The position numbers and the translations under genes were made by a program. A stretch of DNA of 64,000 nucleotides from positions 273,172,001-273,236,000 of the forward strand of contig OZ024742.1 of the NCBI GenBank assembly GCA_964016885.1, given 5' to 3'. Within the stretch, counting starts at the first letter, position 1; each line of letters starts with the position of its first letter. Below are positions 54,088 through 64,000 of this stretch, one piece after another. Under the pieces are notes generated by a model. The model was not told where the DNA came from and did no database searches. It saw only the letters and a list, made by a program, of their open reading frames with translations. Source of the stretch: Eledone cirrhosa (Eukaryota).

Positions 54088-55435
54088 TTCTAAGGATAGT
54101 GTATATAAGGTCATAAAAGTCTACTGGAGAAGGGGAGGGGAAGTTGAAAGAATAGGTAAATCGAAAGGGAGTAAACAAAAAAGCCATTATAAAAATGAGG
54201 AAATAAATATATAAAAAACAATTTTCGGTTACTACTCCATCCCCACAATCACCAAATCTCTCAGAAGTTTAATAGGTGGAGAAAAATACTAAATACGAGA
54301 TTGTAGTGAAATAATTTTATAAAGCCATCTTTACAGGGGGTCTAACACCACTGCTATAGTTAGTAGTAATCAGCCAATGCTATCTTACAATGACAGGTTA
54401 ATAAGTTGAGGACAAACATACTAAAAAACTAATACGAAATATTAATTCAGAATACTAATACATAAATACTAATACAAGAATACAAATGCAATAATACCAC
54501 TAAGAAATTTAGAAATCACGGAAATGGAACAGCAACCAAAAAGAAAGCAATTATCTGGGGTCTGACACATCTGCTATAAAAAGCGTAATCTGCCAATTCT
54601 ATCTTAAAATTAGGGAGGTGGGGGTACTGAGGCTACAGAGGACCGATGGGCTGCATCAGGGTGGGCGAAAAGGTGAAAAAAAAGAAACTTGCCGATTTTG
54701 TAAGGGGTAACCCCTGCTTACAAAGGTAGACGTAACTTTTTTTTTTTTTTATCTTTTCCTCTATATTTCCTTCTCCCCCCCCATCTTTTCCTAGTCCTTC
54801 CACCCCAGATCTCCTTCCTTGTCTTTTTTTTTCACCTTTTCGCCCACCCCGATGCAGCCCATCGGGCCTCTGTAGGCTCAGCACCCCCCCCCCCTAATTT
54901 TAAGATAGAATTGGCCGATTATGCTTTTTATAGCAGATGTATCAGACCCCAGATAATTGCTTTCTTTCTTGTTGCTGCTACATTTCCGTGATTTCTAAAT
55001 TTCTTAGTGGTATTTTTGCATTTATATTCTTGTATTTGTTATTATGTATTAGTATTCTGAATTAATATTTCGTATTAGTTGTTTGTTTGTCATCAACTTA
55101 TTAACCTGTCATTGTAAGATAGCATTGGCTGATTACTACTAACTATAGCAGTGGTGTTAGACCCTGTAAAGATGGCTTTATAAAATTATTTCACTACAAT
55201 CTCGTATTTAGTATTTTTCTCCACCTATTAAACTTCTGTATAGCTTAGCAATACAAATGAGAGATTTGGTGATTGTGGGGATGGAGTAGTAACCGAAAAT
55301 TGTTTTTTATATATTTATTTCCTCATGTTTATAATGCTTTTTTTGTTTACTCCCTTTCGATTTACCTATTCTTTCAACTTGCCCCCTCCCCTTCTCCAGT
55401 ACACATTTTTGACCTTCTATACACTATCCTTAGAA
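54088..55435. repeat. ~600-bp-arm inverted repeat (54088-54686 / 54822-55435)
   Basis: Arms are highly similar reverse complements. Confidence 0.9.
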
Positions 55436-55614
55436 ACTGCTGTATAGATTTCCTTTTCAACGGTTGACTGGGTTTCCCCCACTCCCTCTTTGTTCTACCG
55501 GCAAGTTCAGCTACCCATACCTCCTACTAAATGCCATGATAGAATCATCTGTCTTTACAACAGACTTTTGACCAATCCTTTTGACAATTACTATCTTCCC
55601 ATATATGGAATTAC

Positions 55615-55706
55615 ATCCTGAGAAGTCCGGCTATTTATTTACCAGGCTAAGCATTCTTATTTAGTCCAGAAATAGCCGTCGAAACGGCTTGAGCTCTGCC
55701 GTCGGG
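55615..55706 (+). ncRNA. Hammerhead-like motif with degenerate core
   Basis: CTGAGAA-cggctattt/aaatagccg-tc-GAAA-cggc/gccg-TC-ggg. Confidence 0.6.
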
Positions 55707-55799
55707 GTCATAATTGTTCCTATTCCCCACTCTACTACCCTAAGTATTGAGTACTTTGGTGCGTTATGGTCCATCTGGTTCCTTACCACATTTCCTTCG

Positions 55800-55857
<58 letters not shown>

Positions 55858-55989
55858 GATATATACACATAGAGCAACAACAGCAACTATTCACTCCTAT
55901 CTTTTTACCCTCCTTCTACATATATTTTGAAACGGACAGAGAGCGGGAGAGACAGATTCTACCAAACATTCACAAGGCTACCAAACATC

Positions 55990-56141
55990 CCAGTTCATTA
56001 ATGGTGCTTTACTTTATCGACCCCGTAAGGATAAAAGGCAAAGTTAACCCGGTGAGATTAGAATTCAGACTCTAAAGGGCCGTAACTCTATACTGTAAAG
56101 CATGGCCTACGACCCTCTACCGATACTGCCAATCCACTGTC
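55990..56141 (-). mobile_element. tRNA-derived SINE (same family as 13533)
   Basis: Reverse-complement match including tttatcgaccccgtaaggat. Confidence 0.8.
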
Positions 56142-56257
56142 TCTAATAATATAGATAGATTGAAAGAAATGAGATATGTTTCTATATAACAATATCGTGT
56201 ACAAATCAGGCTGTGGTACGAGTGTCAGTTGAACAATTCATAGACTGACTATCAAGT

Positions 56258-56542
56258 AGTGATGCTAGGTCTGTGAAATCTTGCATGCATCAACTTTAAC
56301 TTTTTCTATCAAGAACTACATTGTTTCTTTCCAGGGACAATATTGAAAAATAAGCCTCATTTGGTCGTTCCACGAGAGTATCTTGGTCAGCCTATAAAAG
56401 AGTAATGCTAGGGCTGTGAAATCATTCCAGCATTAATTTCAACTCTTCTTATTGATAACTGCATTTTTTTCTTTCCAGGGACTATATTGAAAAATAAACC
56501 TCCTTTGGTCATTCCATGAGATTATATCTCGGTCAGCCTATG
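56258..56542 (+). repeat. ~142-bp tandem duplication
   Basis: tgctagg.ctgtgaaatc and ctttccagggac occur twice. Confidence 0.7.
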
Positions 56543-57959
56543 AACTTGTTAGCTCTAGCATTATTCAAAATAACTTCGCTCAAATGACTTCACTCAAAAT
56601 GAATGGAACCGTCCCTCGCATATCTAGTAATGATGATTTAAGAAACATTTGTTTCGTTTTTTGCAGGATAACGCGCATCAGCGAAAATTTAATTCTGAAG
56701 TCAATTGACTTAATAAAATCTCTTATATGTATTCTCCCGGTTCATTCCTATCGGTGAATGATCATATTACCAATCTCCTCAGATTCTGGAATCTAAATAT
56801 TTTACGGATTAAGGAAGGAAATTATTGAACAATTAAAAATTAACCTTCTCTAAAGGACATTAGGCTTTGATTGAAGACAGAAATCGTACTCGAGAAAAAT
56901 CATTTTACAGAATGCAATAAGTTGTTACAAGAATAATTTTACAGTTAGGAAATACAATTCCGGATTGTGTTGTTTTACATATTCCGTTGAACACTCTTAT
57001 AAGAAAGCCAATGTTTATCTAAAAAAAAACCATTAATTTCCATATTCGGTAAAGTGAAATATTTTTACTTTTTTTGATAATTATTGAGGTAATACCAGTA
57101 AATTTCTTTATGTCCTGAAACTATTTCGAAATGATTTTCTACTGGGATGAATATCATGCTGTTTACGCGTGACTGTCACTGATTATATAATGTCTCATGC
57201 CAACGTCTAAAACTGTTTATCGTGTTTCCCTTTCTACTATTACAGCTATTTCTATTAAATCTACTAACATTGATGTCCCATCTTCCATTCGGTACAGTAC
57301 ACGTATGGCTACACAATACACAGGTCCAAAAAATTGCATTACATGAGTTAAAACACTGAACTCATCCTACTAGATGACAGTGAGAAGATCCATGGGAATT
57401 TATCGTACTGACTAATCATAATATATCACGCAACATATCTGACATCATTTCCCAAGACAAACGACAACTCCACCAACATAATTGCACTGGGTATTTATAA
57501 CGTCATGCAGAAACAAGCGAAAAAAGAGTTACACTGAATTTGGTTTTCAAAATGAAATATAATACCACGTTTAGAAGTGTGTCCAGTGAATGAAATAAAC
57601 ATATAGATAATCGATTCTAGGTAACAGAGAAGTAAATATAGAAACGCTACAACCAATACATGTTCATGTAGATCCCGAGAATCACCCACATTTTCTACAT
57701 TAAAAATGAAATTTATTCCGATAATTACTAAAATGAAAATAATTAAATGAATATATACGTAACTACTATTAATATTATTGTTATTTTGGTGTTCGTTTGC
57801 TACACACGTGTTCACATGTGCTCCAGAAGGTTGGTTGTTTTCAGTTATTTCAAAGTGGAATTTGTTGAATATTTTTCAACGAATTGTATATAAGATCCCA
57901 TTCATTTGCTCGTGTAAAGGCGACCCTATAATAGTTACGCCCTTTGGCCCTAATCTTTA

Positions 57960-60760
57960 AACTTTGTGTGTTGAACATTTTTTTAGCAAAAAGAAAAAGA
58001 CCATGAGAGAGCCACGCCCCTGAACGTTGAGTTTGATGTCGTGCGATAGCGGCTCAAATATTGCGGCTAATAACGCTGCCCCTCCCACGACAATTTTGAA
58101 TTGTAACACCACATTAGGAAATATCGCAAAACCAGCACCAACAGCAGCCCCAAGAACAGTACAAAAAATGCAATCGTGAACACGAATGACAAGAGCAATA
58201 ACGTCAATAACACCAACAACAATTGCAACAATGACAACACCCAACAGCAACAGCAAGAACGACAAAACCAACAATAACAAATAAACGAAAAACAGCAAAA
58301 CAGCAACGACAAAAAGAACAACATCAACATCAACGAAATGAGTATTTCCGTGGCTACAGTAGTAAAAAGCCTAACGCTGTACGATTTTGACCTTATAGAG
58401 AAAAAAGAACGTTTGGCCCATAGGAAAAAATATTACAAGCGAGAAAATCTTCAACGTCCCGGCAGATGTAATGGAAGAAAAAGAGAGAAGAACTCTAAAA
58501 TATACATTTCGGTCAAATCTCGAAAAACCAAGACTACCACCGAAGGACAGATAGAAGTAGCACTGAAATGCATCGACATTGATGACATAGGCCATATAAC
58601 AAAGTCAAGACATTTTGAGAGCATGTTGGTGTTTTTCAAATCTGAAACCCTTGCTATAAAATATTCTGTGATCCCCTGCAAAACGGACCAAATCATTTTG
58701 TACCGGTCCTACATGGGAAGGATGACAGTAAAAGTCCGGGATCCCAGGCTTCCGCTGGGACGGGATTTAATATGGCTCCATGCATGGCGGCATAAGGGCC
58801 TGGCACCCTCCTCGACGTTAAATTCTCCAAATCAGACCTGAAGACATAAATATCATCCCGGACCACATCAAACTACCGGACGGTCATGGAAGACAAAAGC
58901 CGCATTGGGTCGTATGCGGTGAAGCCACAAACCTGAGAGCCTTTTGCCCTCAGTTGAAAACTGCACGGGAAAGCAAACCTGCCGTTGCTGCTAACACCGG
59001 TGCCGAGACAAGAGACAGCAACAGAAAATGAATCAGTACCACTATCAACAAGGACAGTTAAATCCACCCAGGATGTCGCCCGAACAAACATCCCATTCCC
59101 CCTCTTTCAAGACAAACAAACAGAGCAAAACTCACACACCCGTAAACACACTTCCACTCACCACTTACACATAGACCCCAGACACCAGTTCCTCCAGTTC
59201 TCCAAATGAAGATGAGGCGAAACCTCAAAATGCTAAAACTAAATAAAAAGCTCAAAAAGAAAAAAAAATATTCAGGTCCACACACACAAACAACCATACA
59301 AAAGACCACACAGCAAAACAACACTAACTCTACAACCGTCAACAACACCTGCAGAAGCACACGTCACCCCAATCAAAAGAAAACACAAGCAGATACCAAC
59401 AACGACAGACACACCGAAATTCTTATAACTATCGAGGGCCAACAAACAACTCATGGACGTTGTAACACAAAGTCAAGGTATGTAGAAAGAGGGAGATATT
59501 TTTGGCGCCTGCACCTTCAAAGTAATCCAAACGCTGCAAATGTTGCTAATGCCAATACAAACTTATAAATATATTAAGGAGAGCTTCCCCGATGAAGTGG
59601 GGACCCGTAATATAAAAGCCAGATGTAGGTTCCTAAAAGAGTTCCCAATCGTAAACCCACCAACCACAGAGGTCAAACGAACCGACCTATCCAAGATTAC
59701 GAGGGTAAGTCTCCTTTAGCCTGCCAACACGGCCATATTAAGAGAAGGATGTTTAAACGTCCGTTGCCTGAGATCACCTAGGAAGCAGGGTGACCTGCTC
59801 GAAGACTTAAACTCTCTTGATATGGATGTAATTGCAGTCAGCGAGAGCAAGATTTTCGACACACGTGTACTACTCCAATTTTCGACGACTATCAGACCTT
59901 CGCATCTGTTAGTCGTCGAAAATTGGAGGTGGGGTGGCAGTGATGTTTAGGAAAGTCCTGAATCTCGACGTAATGTCGATATTCCGGACCCGGACGGTAA
60001 GTTAGTGGTCCTGGTCGTTAACAATAGCGAAGGTGGTGCCTTTAGACTGGTCGACGTCTACGCTCCTACAGGGGCTGGACGCCCAGACTCCTTTTGGTTC
60101 GTGGAAGCCGGTCTGTCTTCGTCGCGCCCTTTAATGTTAGCGGGGTACTGGAACGGCATCGCTGGAAATGTGTTAGAGTAGCTGATAGGACCTGGGGGTT
60201 CAAAAGCCTCATTTACCTGATCAGCCATTTCCAAGTTTCTCTAGATTTCCTTAATGTGCATCTGTCGACCTGGACCACGCGCATAGTGTCATCTAGATCG
60301 TATAAAGACATGATTCTGATAAGGGAAATAGATAGGAATAGTGTAGGCTGTCAACGTTTTAAAATGGTCACCTATTCACATCACAAGTTTGTGATCTGTA
60401 TGGTTGACCTTGATAGACGCGTAGGTTAGGACTGGTTACTGGAGGCTGAACATGTCGTTTCCAGCATGTAAGTCTTACAAGGACTGGGTCGACATTTTAG
60501 TTAAACAAAGGTTGACAGGGGAAGTCGCCAACAATAGGTGGTGGGGTCTCTCAAAAGTAAGATTAGAGTAATTTCAGTGGGGTTTATCAAAGAGGTAACA
60601 TAAGAGAAAAATAGAAAGGAGGGGAGCTGGTAGCTAAATTAAACGAGGCTACTCGGAGTTATATCGCAAATGACGCTCTAGCAACGAGATTAGCATTAGA
60701 TAATTTCTTCAAAGCGAAACAAGAAAGGTTGCATTATCAGAGCTAAGGCGTGTACAGTAA
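57960..60760 (+). pseudogene. Decayed L1/Tx1-like LINE (ORF1 remnant and APE endonuclease)
   Basis: GCLNVRCLRS..DVIAVSESK..GGGVAV..DPDGKLVV..FRLVDVYAP. Confidence 0.7.
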
Positions 60761-60814
60761 AGTTTGCAATTATCAACTGCTGAAAATTGCAAACTTGACT
60801 GCCACCACTGAATA

Positions 60815-60853
60815 TGACCCTGAAGATTGTGAAAACATGAAAGTACTTGTTCA
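60815..60853 (+). ncRNA. Minimal type I hammerhead
   Basis: tgacc-CTGAAGA-tgt/gaaa/aca-GAA-AGTACT-T-gttca. Confidence 0.7.
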
Positions 60854-60957
60854 ATTAACATTTAACATTTTACCATATTATTTCATTATAATATCATTAA
60901 AATTTAAACATTGTAAATAAAAGTTGGAGTTCCTTTTATTATTATATATATATAGTC

Positions 60958-61480
60958 GGAAAAAATGAAACGAAATTTCATTTCCCACACTTAGTACGGC
61001 TGTTACTTAAATATAAGTGTATACACGTAAATACATATATTTATACAGACCTACAGTAGCATGTATATATATATACACACATGCACACATATATATATAT
61101 GCACGTATGGATTCACCGAACATTTATTATAATGTTCGGTGTGTTTGTAAACAAACATCCCGTATTAAACCGTAGTGTCTAACAACCATCGTTGCTCGTT
61201 TGTTCAACACTGACAAAGGAACGCTGTACTAGTTTCAAGCTTATTAGCTATCATCAGCAACGTATACATTTCTGCCAGATTGCTGAACGTATATACTTAC
61301 ATTATGCATATTAACGGCTGAGTAGCCCAATTTGAATATCGAGTGTGTTAATCGGCCGGGTGCACCGAAAACGATAAACGGAAAAAATGAAACGAAATTT
61401 CATTTCCCACTCTTAGTACGGCTGCTATTTAAATATAAGTATGTACACGTACATACATATATGCATATATATAGTATATG
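60958..61480 (-). repeat. Family E retrozyme-like unit, HHR at 61222-61262 (CTGATGA core)
   Basis: Closest to the 11560-12095 copy. Confidence 0.85.
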
Positions 61481-61771
61481 TATATATATATATATGTATA
61501 TATATTAGAATTGGTGCCTCTTAAATAGCGATATATATATGAATGTATATATAGTGTATTTTGCAATACAATGTATGCTTAATTAAAAGCATTTAGAAGA
61601 CCTTACGCTATTGTTTTAGAGTAGTAACAGTCTCACTTACTTTAATTTTCAGCAAACAGGGAAGATAAAGCTGACACAGATCTGTTTCGCACTTTTTGGT
61701 GTTTATCAAATCTAAGTACTCCGCCTGTTTGCTGAAAAAAAATATATATATTCATACATACATACATACAT

Positions 61772-61834
<63 letters not shown>

Positions 61835-62452
61835 AATGTATGTATCCATGTATGTATGTATGTATATATCCCAGTACAACCTGTCTCATGGTCGGCTCGT
61901 TGGCGACTAAACTGGGAAACCCACCAAGGTTTCTTGGTGAGGAGGGTGACTTTGGACATCGGCAGGTCTAAAATCAAAATCTGTCAAAGGGAAAAGGAGC
62001 TCTTAAGAGTCAATGGCCATCCAAAATCACCGGGAGAGATGAGCCCTTAGCCTTTGTCAAGGCAGAATTCTATGAGAAGGAAAACTCTGATATAACACCT
62101 GCAACTCTGATGTTATCCAATGATGTTCACGTGTTCTTCTTTTTGGTAAATATCATCTTGGTTAAGAGAGTGGGACTGGCTTTGTGCAGTGCCTTTGCTC
62201 ACTATAAAAGCTTCACGACACAGGTATTGCTTTATATCTGGAGATCTCTCTACACTTGTCGTCACATGGTACCATGGGCCCAGCACTATGTGTCAGTAAT
62301 TGTCACAGGTGTAGTGTTTGTACCAGAGTTTTCAAGTCGCTGGCTGGACTAAAAATCACACTCGTTCAGCGCATCGGTAGGAGTTCTCCTACATGGATAT
62401 AAAGTAGTGGCCGTACTCGAAAACGAGTTGGCAGCCACCATGTATTTATATA

Positions 62453-62554
<102 letters not shown>

Positions 62555-62562
62555 AATATATA

Positions 62563-64000
62563 TTTTGTTTTATTTTAACATGTCTATTGAGCACTCTAAT
62601 TCGATATGTGTATTTCCACATTCACTCGAATTGTTTTCGCGGATATAGGGGTCATCTCCCTTGTCTAATGCCATGTGCGTTTTTCACCGCTAGTTGACTC
62701 CTTTGCCGCCAGGATAAAACTCGTTGACAACGTAAACTCCGTTCCACTTATTCTAGTAGGCTTTTATATTTATATGTGAGCTGATAGAGTACTGTCTAAG
62801 GATTTACAGAAACCCATGAAGCTAGATTTAACACCTTTCTAGTGGGTCCGGGTATGATTTTACATTCATTTAAATTATTGACGTATTGTTTTATTGATAT
62901 TTTTTATCTGTTTGGCCCGAATCTTCCTTTATCGATTTTAAATCGTATGGTTGATTGTAGACTTGTTCTATATGTGACGGTATTTTAACGATAGTTATAG
63001 CTCTGATTCATCTGAATTATTGAGCCCTCTGCCGCTCATATCGAATTTCGTTTTTCGTGAACTCGTGCGCCGATTTTTCGATACTCGATCTTTCTAATAT
63101 ATTTAGCTCTGGACATAGCTATCCACCAGTTAATTTTATTGCTCATTTTTTGTCGATTCTATTGAGTGATGAATAGCTTTTGTTTTATTTTAACATGTCT
63201 ATTGAGCACTCTAATTCGATATGTGTATTTCCACATTCACTCGAATTGTTTTCGCGGATATAGGGGTCATCTCCCTTGTCTAATGCCATGTGCGTTTTTC
63301 ACCGCTAGTTGACTCCTTTGCCGCCAGGATAAAACTCGTTGACAACGTAAACTCCGTTCCACTTATTCTAGTAGGCTTTTATATTTATATGTGAGCTGAT
63401 AGAGTACTGTCTAAGGATTTACAGAAACCCATGAAGCTAGATTTAACACCTTTCTAGTGGGTCCGGGTATGATTTTACATTCATTTAAATTATTGACGTA
63501 TTGTTTTATTGATATTTTTTATCTGTTTGGCCCGAATCTTCCTTTATCGATTTTAAATCGTATGGTTGATTGTAGACTTGTTCTATATGTGACGGTATTT
63601 TAACGATAGTTATAGCTCTGATTCATCTGAATTATTGAGCCCTCTGCCGCTCATATCGAATTTCGTTTTTCGTGAACTCGTGCGCCGATTTTTCGATACT
63701 CGATCTTTCTAATATATTTAGCTCTGGACATAGCTATCCACCAGTTAATTTTATTGCTCATTTTTTGTCGATTCTATTGAGTGATGAATAGCTTTTGTTT
63801 TATTTTAACATGTCTATTGAGCACTCTAATTCGATATGTGTATTTCCACATTCACTCGAATTGTTTTCGCGGATATAGGGGTCATCTCCCTTGTCTAATG
63901 CCATGTGCGCTTTTCACCGCTAGTTGACTCCTTTGCCGCCAGGATAAAACTCGTTGACAACGTAAACTCCGTTCCACTTATTCTAGTAGGCTTTTATATT
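62563..64000. repeat. 615-bp tandem repeat, at least 2.3 near-identical copies, running off the window
   Basis: tgtctattga at 62581, 63196 and 63811. Confidence 0.95.

Noticed and set aside
56560-57500. Possible MULE-like transposase remnant on the minus strand (DGT-like motif)
   Set aside because: Only faint motif resemblance with many stops, so it is not supportable.

Overview
AT-rich animal genomic DNA with no host gene that I can recognise. The (TA)n/(GA)n/(CA)n microsatellites, the tRNA-SINE and the RTE family suggest an octopus-like cephalopod (inference). The window is a nest of decayed transposable elements: at least 8 Penelope-like retroelement (PLE) fragments with inverted pseudo-LTRs, an RTE LINE, a CR1-like LINE, an L1/Tx1-like LINE, an RLE-LINE tail, Helitron Rep/helicase remnants, a Tc1/mariner remnant and tRNA-SINEs. 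The main signal that the ORF track does not show is non-coding. By eye I find about 30 hammerhead-ribozyme (HHR)-like motifs in more than a dozen sequence families, lying in PLE pseudo-LTRs and in short non-coding tandem units (retrozyme-like, about 330, 440 and 640-700 bp). Several show compensatory changes, including U3-A8 replacing C3-G8 in the core. One family has an apparent type II topology with a possible pseudoknot, and another has a type III-like topology. All structures were inferred by eye and are untested. Most ORFs in the track are microsatellite artefacts.
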